A stretch of 64,000 bases of DNA from Rhynchobatus australiae (taxonomy: Eukaryota), in the NCBI GenBank assembly GCA_034780895.1, contig JAUZTB010000071.1:18543521-18607520 (forward strand), in the 5' to 3' direction. The notes under the pieces were generated by a model that saw only the letters and a list, made by a program, of their open reading frames with translations, was not told where the DNA came from and made no database searches. Both the position numbers and the translations under genes were made by a program. Positions 24,714 to 36,700 of the stretch are shown here, one piece after another; position 1 is the first letter of the stretch; the number at the start of each line of letters is the position of its first letter.

Positions 24714-27462
24714 GGGGTGTGAGGGTGGCTGTATAAAACGTCCTGTTTCCCATTTATAGTTTACATAGAACACAACGAGTACACCTCTTAACATTGACCT
24801 TCAAATATCAAAATTCATACAGAATGCTGAACAAAACAACGTTCACCATCCAGGTATATATAAGGAAAGATTGAATTTGGACTGAAAGGCAAAAGGAATA
24901 TTGATTTCAAAAATGGAATTAAGTATACACTTTGGGTCGTTATGATGTGGAACTGTTCGCCGCTCACAAGATCGATTGGTAAAGTGGGTAGGGTAAAGTG
25001 CATCAGCCGGAAGTTTTAACAGACAATACACGCACTGAACATTGGAAAGACAGGTTATTACCTGCAATTATTCTATGTGTGACAAGTACTAACTTCCATT
25101 TTTTTTCTCAATTACATTTTAGGGTCTTAAGATGGCATACGTCACTTTAATGCTTATTCTTAAATAGAAAATATACCACATAAACATGCCCCAAGCGCCC
25201 ACCCCACCTCACACACGCCGCCAAAAAAAAAGTTTCTTTGAATTTTTATTTAGTAAGCTGAATCGGCTTCAAGTAATGTCGTCAGTTTTTGTTTCATCAA
25301 AAAATAGAGATGCAACAATCAAGAGAAATTTGCCATCCAACAATTGTTCTAACCGAATTAACGCTCCCGCAACATCAGAGTAATGCCAGGTCAAAGGGGC
25401 TTGGGCCCTCGGTTACCACACTCCAAACAACAGCTGAATTTTAAAAGTCCAAGGCCTTTTTAATCAGAAAGACAAATAACAACATTTCCAGAAATGCACC
25501 AATTCTTCTCGGCAAATTAATATGTGGTCATGCAAAAATAAAATCACGTTTCCTCCACTTTTTAACGTGACCGCAGACATTTTATATAATTTTAAAAATC
25601 TAGTAAGCTTCACGTCTATGTTTGACCTCAGGGAAACGTAAGTAAGAAATGGTGTAGGGATGGAGAATGAATGGAATAGTTTGATCAATTACATGCAATC
25701 ATCCTGCCTTTCCTTTACACATAATTACAGTTAAGTCCACAGTAAGTCGGCATTGCTTTTTTTTCTCTTAAAAAAATGCGAACACGCTCCGGCTTCTATT
25801 ATCCTGAGAAACGTACTATTAAATCGAGTAGCCACGTTTATCCGAATCGGGTGTATATAGGATGCTTTGAACGCGTATCACTGATTTACTTAGAATAATG
25901 ACATAATACATATGCACTATTTACAACTAATTTAACAATATATACACACACGTACTGTGTTCTACCGTTTCGTTCTCCAAGACATATTTTGCCTTCATAT
26001 TGCTTGGATGAGCTAAACATATCCCTTTTATTTCCCTACATAGGCTGTATTTCAAATGGGAGCCACCTCCAGCTGGTTGTTTCATTTCCGATAACACATC
26101 ACATTTCATCATTAATGATATAGTTTNNNNNNNNNNNNNNNNNNNNNNNNNNNNNNNNNNNNNNGAAGCAAGAATAGTGGTTGGGTGGGCATACCTTCCT
26201 TACAGTAATTGGATTGGTTTGACCCAAAGTAGGCCTTCTGCCTTTAGTTATTTTAAACACTTGCGGTCTTGATTAGCGATCATTTAAACTTAAACATAAC
26301 AGATTATAATGGATGAAACTACTGTGCGGAGTAATGGTACAACCTACTCGTGCTAGTTGAGATGTTAATAGACTGAAATTGGAAAGGGCATTTTAAAGTT
26401 TCCTTCCATCTCTGAGAAAGTTCTAAAATATAGGGCAAATATGAAAGTGCAGACAATTGTTTTTTTTTATTAATGTTGAAAACAGTGGAAATGCACTATA
26501 TATCTCCGGTATCTGCAAACAAACAGTTCAATGTTTGACTTAATGACTTCTTTTCCCTCAGAATTTTAAGGAATTTTTTGGATCAAAGATCAAAGCCGAA
26601 AACTTTGGTCTGTCTTTTCCTCTTTGTAGATGCTGGGAAAATAGCTTTGTATTTCCAACAATTATTTCCAACTGTACACATCTTGCCAATTGTATGTGTT
26701 TGAATTTATCATATTCATTTTGCCCTGACATAAAACTGTTGCACAAAAAGGACCCCTGAAAATTCCAGTATGATACTTTACAACTAAACAGGTGTTTGCA
26801 GTTTTATCTCGAAAACCACATGATGCTTCAAACTGGAGTTATGATCATTAAATAAAACATAGTTGATATGGCCTTTATCTTCAGCAGAGATTGGGGCCTG
26901 TCTGTGAACACTCTGAAATACAGCCTTTGCATCTGAACCAGCTAAGAAGGATCTGCATCTTGAAGTAAAAGTGTGTTTTTTAAACAACATTAAAATTNNN
27001 NNNNNNNNNNNNNNNNNNNNNNNNNNNNNNNNNNNNNNNNNNNNNNNNNNNNNNNNNNNNNNNNNNNNNNNNNNNNNNNNNNNNNNNNNNNNNNNNNACA
27101 GGAAGCAACACTTGGTGCCAGAGGGTTGCCCAGGAATGACCTATGTTTGCTGGGTTTAGATAGTAGCATAACCACTGCTGGCTCCACATGCATTTCAGGG
27201 TGAATATTAATATTTACTCCCACTGGAATATGTTAGATGGGCATATTAAACAAAGAAAAGTATTTTCTAACAGTTGAATTTCACCCTTTCATTAAACCAT
27301 CATTGCATTTCTAGAACAAACCTGTTTGGATATGACTGAAAGCACATAGCCTTTGCTATCCCAAATCAGTCATCTTTTCTGGTCCATGAGACTACCTCAA
27401 ATCATGTAACCTTTTTGTTTAAATGATAAAAAGTCTGTGGGATAGATTGTACTCCTGGTCGA

Positions 27463-27714
27463 TCACATCATCTGGGGTCTTGGCATGGTGTCCTGGTGGG
27501 GTGGTGGGTACCATGACCCAAAACTGTTAATGTAGCTGTTTGGTGGCATAGTGGCACCCTTATTTGCCATGGCAACGTCCCAGACTGGTGGGATATTAGG
27601 TGAACACGGAGACAAAGCAGCAGAGGTGGGCAGATGGTCACCTTCTTGCACACTGGAGCCGTGTTTCATCAGCTTCTTGTACTTGGAGCGCTTGTTCTGA
27701 AACCAGATTTTCAC
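27463..27714 (-). CDS. DLX4: Dlx4 exon 3
   Basis: tttgtttcAG acceptor, then [19 protein letters not shown]...PVWD...SWY...[18 protein letters not shown] is Dlx4-type, and linkage to Dlx3 supports Dlx4 over Dlx6. Spliced CDS 747 nt = 248 aa plus stop. Confidence 0.93.
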   Translation of the reverse strand: MKIWFQNKRSKYKKLMKHGSSVQEGDHLPTSAALSPCSPNIPPVWDVAMANKGATMPPNSYINSFGSWYPPPHQDTMPRPQMM

Positions 27715-30710
27715 CTGAAACAAAATAAAAGCATATGCGTCATATTTACTTCTCTGTTTAAGCTCAAATTGATACTAAGATTATTTGATCCAAATTGGTA
27801 TACAGAATACACTCTTTGATTAGTCATGAGTCTAAATTCATAAGTGATCCAACTAAAAAGACCCCAATATTTCAACGTATTTGAAATAAATTTGTAAAAG
27901 AATATGACATCCACATTTTTAACGTGGTTTAAGGACTGGCGTGGAATATAGAGAGGGTTTCAACATATTGTAACCCTTTTCCAATAGCCTTGTCAAACCA
28001 ATGATGCTTGAACATTCAGGTGGATCTACAAAGCGGCCCATCAACAAATAATTGCAGCAATCGCATTTTGAACCTTCGAGAGGAAAATGAAACACGTTGC
28101 ATATAAAGGAATTAAAGACTTTTAACTGTCGGCATGAACAAGGAAAGGACACATAACACTGACGGCTTTAATTCGGGTCCAGATTCTCCAGCCTACACGA
28201 GAAGCAGGCTCCTTAGCAAAACATCAAGGAGTTTGGTATAAATTGTCATATGCTCATCAGCAGAAGCAAAACGCTATTTATTTTCGCTATAGCCCACAGA
28301 CATAGTGATCTTGACCAAACTGTAATTCAGTATTAAAATAAAAGTGCGGATAGTTTCGTACAGAAGTTGACATTTTTAGAAAGCTCTGTTTGCCCCCGAA
28401 TTGATAAGGTTTAGCCTGAATTAAAGTTACCTTTTTAGCCAAAGAGACTAAATGGGAGATATAGTAAAAAAATAGCCAGTTATTTTGCAATCAGAATTGA
28501 AAATATTTCCCTCCGTCCTCTGTAATAAAGACCTTTACAATATGTGTTTTGAGGCGAGTTTAAACTCACCTCCTATGTTTTAGATTGAAATATAACGCTG
28601 AGATGGATTGTGTTATTTACTCTCGGATCTCATCTCCATATGGAAAACATGGAACGCTCAGGTAGATTGTATAATTTATCTCCGAAAGAAAAGGAAGAAA
28701 CCAGTGAAATGCATTAAGTATTGAAATAATATCACACGTTCAGAATTTTTCACTCCGTGCTGCTATATGCCAGTAGCACAGCTTTAGATTGCTTTTTTTT
28801 TGCTCGTGTGTTGAAGGGCCCCGTCATGGAGAACTGACTTGTTCCCTGTGAGAACTCTATGTTTGTATATAATCTGTGGGATTAGACCTGAGTTTTCAAA
28901 GTCTTTTCTCTCTGAAATATGTCCCTCATTTGTCCTTAAGGTATGTTTGCATAAAATTTATTTTATATCTAAGCATATTAATCAACCTCAGCATTTCCTT
29001 CTGATGGAAAAGCAGTGAATTCTTCTGGTTCGCACACAATGCCAATGTCAATGTGAGTTCGGCTGCACAACATCCCCAATATATTTTTGAGCATAATCGG
29101 TTGAAACTTGAACGGTTGTTGGGATTTGAAAGATTACAGTGCCTTTTATTAGTATTTGTATAGCCTAACTATTGCTTTCAATAAAGTTTTCTGTTGATGT
29201 TTTAAAGACTTCGAAATTAGTTAGAATATGTAATCTTTAAGACAAATATGTCCTTATTTATATAATTTTTCAACAACTTTAGTTGGGATTAATAGACACA
29301 TTTTAATTAAACGGAAAGGTGTTACGACATTAAATTATGATCAATTCTAAATATATATTTTTAAAATTAATTTTCGAATTGGAACACTTTCTCCTCGGAA
29401 AGAGCTTCGAACTTCCTTTGTAGAGATTTCCATTTTTAGAAAAGGCGCTCTGGATCTTTTCTTGAGTAACACTTGTTCAGGATGATTACTAACGTTCGCA
29501 CGAACTTGAAATGCTAGTGTGGTCAATTTACTTTTAATGTGCGAATTTCGGGGAATCCTTTCCAACAGAAAGCGCCAGAAAGAGTAGAACATAAAAAGGA
29601 AGAAAATCTCGTGTAGTTTGAGCTGCGCAAGTGGGCAGCAAGTTAAACTTACTGTTCTCTCAGAATACTTAAGAATTAATACGACCATAAAATAATTCAA
29701 TAACATGAAAATAGATAAATGCATAAAATTTTGGCCATTGCTCAGATATTGTTGGTACTTGAATTACATTTTTTCAGAGCTTGCAGATCTTGCAAACACG
29801 AGTAAAACGTGCTTGACGATAATGGATTGCCTTACTCTGCGGCGTTGAAAAGTGTTTTCTACTGTGTGATCCGGCTACCTGTGACCTTCAGACGTGTTTC
29901 CTTCATGCACTGCACTACCAGAAGTTTTGAAATATTGGAAGGTTTATTTTTCATTACCAGCGGCCACTTTGAATTTAGTATATTTGGCAATTTAAAATTG
30001 CGGACATTGAAAGGAAATGGCTAAATTAATGTGTCCCTACTTGGGAAATAAAAGGGTATTGCTATGTTCTCATCGTCAAGTGAATGTTTCGTGCAGCACA
30101 GTTGCACTACTCCTATTTTGTTTTAAACAGTTAACTTATAAGATTAAAAAATAAGCAATTACCGATTTATTTGGCCCTTTAATTCCTGCAATTTTAACGG
30201 ATTAATAGTGGCAGATCAAATAAAAAAAGATCCCATAAGGAACCGGCAAAAAGTGGCGCCACGCGAAATGATATAATTGGCCTCTGCCATTTTGTTGGAC
30301 AGTGGTAGGACGCGTTGGTAAACACATTCAATTTGCATCTTTAAAGACACACTGAGATTAAAATAACCCGAGAAGGGAAATTCTGTTCGCATTCCTATTG
30401 AGTGTAAAAATACGGCTTTAAGTGTGGTGAGATCACACACGAATACCAAGGGTCCCACGCCTGTTGCTGGAAGTTCTAAGTCATCGTTTATGGTGATAGT
30501 TATGCAAATCCAATGCCATTTACTAAAGTGCCCAGTTCAACTACACCACGGTGTTGAAGTTTAAAAACGAGAACTGACCTGGGTACATATGGATACGTTT
30601 TCAAGCGCGCGAGTGCGCTTTCTTACAAGAACAAAGAGACTGCATTTTCTACTTTTTAAGTGGACCCCCATACTTTCAAGAGGGCAGGATTTGTTCTGGC
30701 CGGCACCTAC

Positions 30711-30904
30711 CTGTGTCTGGGTGAGTCCGAGAGAGGCTGCCAATTCTGCTCTCTCCGGTAAAGCCAAATACTGCGTCTGCTGGAAGCGATGGTTCAGAGC
30801 CTGCAGCTGTAAGCTCGAATAAATGGTCCTCGGTTTTCGGATCTTTTTCCCTTTCCCGTTCAATCGGATTTCTCCATTTTCGATTACAGTCGACTTCTCG
30901 TGTT
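30711..30904 (-). CDS. DLX4: Dlx4 exon 2 (homeodomain)
   Basis: (E)[64 protein letters not shown]. Acceptor ttccctccaAG, donor CAG|GTAGGT; 194 nt keeps the frame. Confidence 0.95.
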
Positions 30905-31581
30905 CTTGGAGGGAAATTGGAAACACTGAAGCTTAGGTCCGTCACAGTTTTGACTCACGACCACCCCTCCTTTATTTCCCCCGTCCCAACAGGTTGAATC
31001 AAAGTACCTTGAAATGGTGATTCCCCGTAAATTAAAGCCAGCGCAACATTGCGAAATTTTATAGGGAGAAAAGTAACGTTTAAATCGGTTAAATACTGGA
31101 CGCATTGCAGGAGCTCGATTATAGACGACACTCCGATATGGTTTACTACACAAATATACACAAAAGGGTCAAATTTCAAAATTCTTCACGCCAGTAACAG
31201 TTTTCTCGAGAGCACTGCAACAATCCACCACAATCGGTCGGGTCATTTCATTTGCCAATTTCCCCCAACAGAGTGGACCCCTCGGCAAACAATAGATTAT
31301 TTCGCCGCAGCGCCAGTCAATTGGCAGGAGACGGAATTGTACACGAACAAACTGCTGATTTTTTTTTCAGCATTAAATTTGCCTAATTGCGCGTGTCTAT
31401 TTAAGGAACGCAATTAAAGTCCTTTTTTTATGAATATACAAATAATGTCATCATAGAGGCCTCTCAAATCCCGGCATCGCGACTCTAAACAGGGGGCTGA
31501 CTCAGTAGCAGAATGGCGATGGAAGTCACGGTGTAAACCGATGGAAATTACAACGGGGACTGGTGTCCGAACGGCTCTTAC

Positions 31582-31882
31582 CTGTGTCCTCTAACCTGGT
31601 GTGACCCAAAGTGCTGCTGTTCTGGTATGGCATGTACGGATTAGGTGCATGATTGCTAACTGGGCTTGGGTACGGGTAACCCAGCGATCTGCCATAGGAA
31701 GAGGCGCCTGAGTAGGAACCATCGTGCTGAGAATGTCCGCTCGAGTGCAAGCCGTGCACCGGATAGTGTCCATGGGACATGCCAGGGGATGACTGCTGAG
31801 CTGGATGTCCAAACTCCAGAAAGGCCGACTTGGATGAGTCTGGTGCTAACAGACCGTCAGCCATCGCGGTCATAGTCATCAT
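31582..31882 (-). CDS. DLX4: Dlx4 exon 1
   Basis: MMTMTAMADGLLAPDSSKSAFLEFG...SYGRSLGYPY...RLEDT, with the Dlx1/4/6-class SKSAF motif. Phase-1 donor CAG|GTAAGA at 31582/31581; 301 nt. Confidence 0.93.
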
Positions 31883-31956
31883 TAACGAGGAAGTGCACGG
31901 GACTGACTAGGAATTACCAGCCTGCAGGAAATTGACATGGAATTGACGCGCAACAT
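31882..31956 (-). other. uORF (24 codons) in the Dlx4 5' leader, stop overlapping the main ATG
   Basis: ATG at 31956 reads MLRVNSMSISCRLVIPSQSRALPR; TAA at 31884-31882 shares its last A with the Dlx4 ATG. Confidence 0.6.
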
Positions 31957-32094
31957 GAAAGNNNNNNNNNNTCGCCAACCAAATCCAAGCGTCTTCTCCT
32001 CAATTTTCCAAGTAGAGGTGATTTCCCCACTTGTCCGCTGAGTAAAAAAAGAGGGTTAAGTTGAGAGAATTCCCCGTGAAATTCAGGAAAACTT

Positions 32095-32235
32095 CTGGAT
32101 TTGCATGGCTGCTTCATGCATATGGATCTGATATGCAAACGTATCCAATTGGCTGTCTCCTGCCTTGTGATTGGATGAAGGGCGTATTACATCACTTGCC
32201 CGGCGGCGATCCTAATTAACTTTAATTAGAATCAG
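32095..32235 (-). promoter_or_regulatory. Dlx4 proximal promoter
   Basis: CCAAT boxes (CCAATTGG palindrome 32145-32152; ATTGG 32170-32174), octamer ATTTGCAT 32099-32106, paired TAATTA 32212-32229; 210-350 bp upstream of the ATG. Confidence 0.6.
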
Positions 32236-33375
32236 TTAATGAAAGCTGCATTTCCATCAGCGAACAACCCATCCGAAATAATCAGCAGACAATTTCATAA
32301 ACACGTTATAACATGCTATGAAACTGTTTTATGCGTACNNNNNNNNNNTGGTAAACAAATATTACATGAATATAAGAACTGTTGCAATCATCCGAACGCA
32401 GCTTTGCAGCCGCAAATGAACGTCCTTCTTTTTCCCAAAAAGAAAGGGGCAGTAAACGATTAAAAATACATCTACAGGAGGAACACTGAGTGGCCGCTTT
32501 AGCGACCTCTCGTGTGTTTAAAATACCGCCCGGGCTCGATCTACAACACTCTGGAGACAAAAGTTCACTCAGCACTGTTTATAATGGAATCTAAAATGGC
32601 TACATAGAAACTGCACGCGTTATATAACGCAATATTCAGAACAAGAGGCTTTACATTGTACTTCGTTCGGTCAGACTTGTATCTGTCACTCTATATTGTT
32701 AAACCTGGGGACTGGATTTCATACAATAAATAAACTAACAGGCGCAAAGAACATCGTATTTTTAAAGTGTGATTTGGGACATTTACCTTCTACTTTATCC
32801 CTTAATTATACCTGGTCTCTTCCGCTATCTGCTAATCAATGCGGCGATTTAAATGACATTCTCATGTGATACCCACTTCAACTATAAATGTCTTTAGTCC
32901 TGTCACAAACGGCGAGTTGTCTGGCGCTGTCACTGCTGTCTTTCGAGTTTGGTGTGGGAAATCTCAATGGCTCGGTGCATCAGGTATTTGTCACGTTAGG
33001 AAGATGCTTGTATTGATCATTTTACTGAACATTAACTGAATCTTGAATTTCATGCCAAGTTGTGACAACTTCAATGTGTATCTGATTAAAGTACACCTGA
33101 AAGCATCTGATAATGCCATGCAATCTTCAACTGACATTTCAGAATAAAATTATTTAAAAATATCTAAATCCATTTTGGATTATCTTGAAAGATGATCTAA
33201 AAAAATCTGTAAGCTTCAAAGCAAAAAAATTTGATTATGTGTCATTCACTACAAGAAGTGTGATTCCAGACATAACTATTAAAAAAACATTGGCTCCCAA
33301 CTTAAAACAGTAGTCTATTTAAATACTTACCCGTGGAATGTGGGCAACAAAAAGTTTCATTTATCATCCATAAAT

Positions 33376-33730
33376 GGCACGGTTACACAACACTTAGTGC
33401 TGCTACGTCACAACTCCAGGGACACGGCTTCAATCCTGACCTCGGATGCCATCTGTGTGGAGTCTGCAAGTTCTCCCTGGAGTATTGCATCTCCATTGGG
33501 TCCTCTGGTTTCCACCCAGATCCCAAACCTGTGCTGGTAGGTAGATTAACTGGCTGCTATTAATTGCCCCTTAGTGTGGGTAAGTGGCAAAAAATTAAAG
33601 GGCATGTGAGAGAGAATGACTTGCGGGGCTACAGGGAAGTAAGGAGGAGGGAATGGGATGGATAAGATTGGTCTGTTGGGAGCCAGCTTGGATCATGTGG
33701 GCCAAATGGCCTTCTTCCATGTTGTAATAG
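33376..33730 (+). mobile_element. V-SINE (HE1-like elasmobranch SINE)
   Basis: tRNA-derived head ggcacggt...ttcaatcctgacctcgg; V-domain tgtgtggagtctgcaagttctccc...ctctggtttccacccagatcccaaa...aattgccccttagtgtg; CR1-like tail. Confidence 0.85.
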
Positions 33731-36700
33731 GTAAGTAATTATACAAAGCTGAGAAGGTCAGATATTATTTTTTAAAACTGTTGCTTATCAGTGTGTGGGG
33801 GTATTTGTTTGCTACTGGTAGACACTGGAGTAATTAACTGGAGAAGAGTTCATCCAGATACTTTGGCATGTGTTTAGCATGGTGATTCAAAATGAATTTT
33901 TCTCAGAAAAGTCATATGTAAGTCCGATTGGGCAGATGTCCTCTCCTTTTCTGTAACATAGTTCTGAGCTACTGCAGTTTAGACAGTAAAATGCAGCAGC
34001 TCTTACGGACAATTTTCCCTGGCACTGACAAGAACCAGATTAATTGGATTCACCTTCACTAATTAGCCTGGTGGAATTGTTTGCAGTCCAGTACAACAGC
34101 CGATTAACTACCACAGATGATCTCTCAATCCTTCCTGCAGCAATGGAAAATGATTCTCTGGTTCTCCATTCACATTTTGATGTCCTGTATCCTGGAATTA
34201 TCTCTAAACTCTCTTCAAAAGTATCAATAAAATTCTGGATAGAGCACAGATTTGTCCTTTCTAATTTGTCATTACTAATGCTNNNNNNNNNNNNNNNNNN
34301 NNNNNNNNNNNNNNNNNNNNNNNNNNNNNNNNNNNNNNNNNNNNNNNNNNNNNNNNNNNNNNNNNNNNNNNNNNNNNNNNNNACAGGCTGTTAATATTGT
34401 CAAGGTGACGGGGGTGGGGATTATACACAAATGAGAATGATATTTGCACAAAGGATGAACGGAATGTCAATGCGTTGTTTAAAAACATAAAATACATTTT
34501 ATTTTACATACACGCGTCAGTGATAGATGATGGATAGGGGATGGTTGTGACAGCAGTGGGTGACGGCTGGGAATGAATGAAGGAGCTACCTAGCCTCCGT
34601 ACACCTAAGGAGGAGGTTCAAAGGTGCTGGGAAGCATGTGGGGAGCCTGAGATTTTCTTTGTTTTGCTCTGCATGTTAACCTTGGAGTGGAACACGCGAG
34701 AAAGAAATCCGATCCGATCCTTTCTCTTGACAGTCTGGGAAATGTATAATATGAAATACTCAAACGATCCTTACAATTCATTAACAATACAAAAAGGCGG
34801 CAATTGCATTTATTTTTAACGTTTTTCTTTTGCTTAAATCGCCAGTCTAAACACCAATGAGATATCCAGGGATCCTCACATTCTCAAAACAAAATACATG
34901 ATACTAAATCAGGTTGCAGCCTGACACTCACGGATACTGGGAGTATTCTTTATAATTTGCTGGCTGTGAAAGCTGCCATTGCCGATCTGAGTATTTAACT
35001 CTTTTCTTTCACTTTCTTGGCAGAGAATAAAACAGTCGAAAGGCGATAAGAAGGCTGTAGCCACCTTCTCTTTCTAATTTTATTTTCTGTTGACCTGAGA
35101 TTTTCCATCTCATAAACAGATTCAAACTATTGAGAAAGTATCACAAATGGAGCCTTCTTTTGCTTAACATTGGCAGATATTTTCTGGAGTCTCAAAATAC
35201 ATTAAACGCGGAACAAGCGCACGCCCAGCAAGGACAGGTGAATAAAGCTGGAGTTTTAACGCGCAAACCGAAACCACCTTCTTTCACTCCTGTATCGAAG
35301 CCAGTTCTCTTATATCTCTACTTTGTCGAGGTTTTCAGCGCTGTTTTTTTTTAAATTGGTTTGTAAAATAAAAGAACGCTGCGGGATGTAGTCAGTATTT
35401 AACAATTTTTGCCTTCCAGCGGTCCGTAATTATTCCTGCGCTGTGCAGTATGAATAACCCTCTCATTGTGAGGAGCTCGCTCCGTTCCGTACGTTTGTTT
35501 TCTCCTGCTGGGAAGATGATTTGCAGCCTTCCACAATGTAACAGGCCATTCAAAGCTCCGGAAAAGAAAAGGGTTTCATCCAGAAAAGAGGAGTGAGCTA
35601 TTAAATAGTTAATTATATAACAGGTGCAGCTAGCTTACGAACATTGGGGATAATTTTCGCGATTTTGTTTCCTTTCAATTTTTATCTAAGATATAAAGCA
35701 CTCAGCTCAAGGCGAATTGGAAATCTGAAATATTGCTCATCTCAAATCTAAAGCCTAATGACTGGGAAGCACGCTTGAATAAGAGCACAGGATTATTAAC
35801 ATGAAAACTAGCGTTTAAAAAAAAAGCAGAATAAGCAGGATATAATGCAGGATATTTGCATTGATGGGGTGTGTTAACCAAAATATAGCAATTAATGTGT
35901 ATTCAGAAGCAANNNNNNNNNNNNNNNNNNNNNNNNNNNNNNNNNNNNNNNNNNNNNNNNNNNNNNNNNNNNNNNNNNNNNNNNNNNNNNNNNNNNNNNN
36001 NNNNNNNNNNNNAGCAATTAATGGGTATTCAGAAGCAACGCCAGCTTCCTGTTTACATAAATGTACTCTGTTGAGCATTCTCTGATGTGCAGTTTAGCGT
36101 TGTGCTGCTTGCTCACAATGAAAGCTCTCTTTGTACCCTTTCTATGTTATATAAGCCACGTGTCACCTTTTTAAATAGTTTTTTTTGCAAAGGTTTTGTA
36201 CGAGTCCGGGTTAAATGTTAACAAGCACTTCGCAGATATTACTACCCCATGCTTCATTTTGCATTCAGCTCTGGAGATGTGTGCGTTTAATCTGCGTTTA
36301 TGGATATTTAATCCAGGGATACATATGTTTAATCCGGGTGTAAAGCGAGCTTCGAAGCATTAAACTGAACAACATCTGTAAAAGAAAGTCGCATTCTCTC
36401 CTGCATAATCTTAATATTGCTTCTCTGATATGAAAGGTGCACTTGGTTAAAAAAAAACATAAATGTATATACTTGTTAATGTTTTCAATTTCTCCCGACG
36501 TTCATAAACCACACTTATATGATGCGAGGCATGTGGAATTGTGATTTCCACCCTGTTCATACCCGTCTCTCCCCACGCATTTCATCTTGTACTGGGTGCC
36601 GCTGCTTGTTTTTCATCTTTAGTAACTATCCACCGAGTTTTATGTCGTGGATTGATACCGATCACAATTACTGTATCTCCCCTTGTGCCCAGATGTTGTT

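Larger units (their letters stand above)
12870..31882. other. Dlx3-Dlx4 convergent bigene cluster
   Basis: One Dlx2/3/5-class gene on + and one Dlx1/4/6-class gene on -, tail-to-tail, the canonical gnathostome Dlx pair layout. Confidence 0.95.

Noticed and set aside
33376-33445. tRNA gene
   Set aside because: It is the degenerate tRNA-derived head of a V-SINE.
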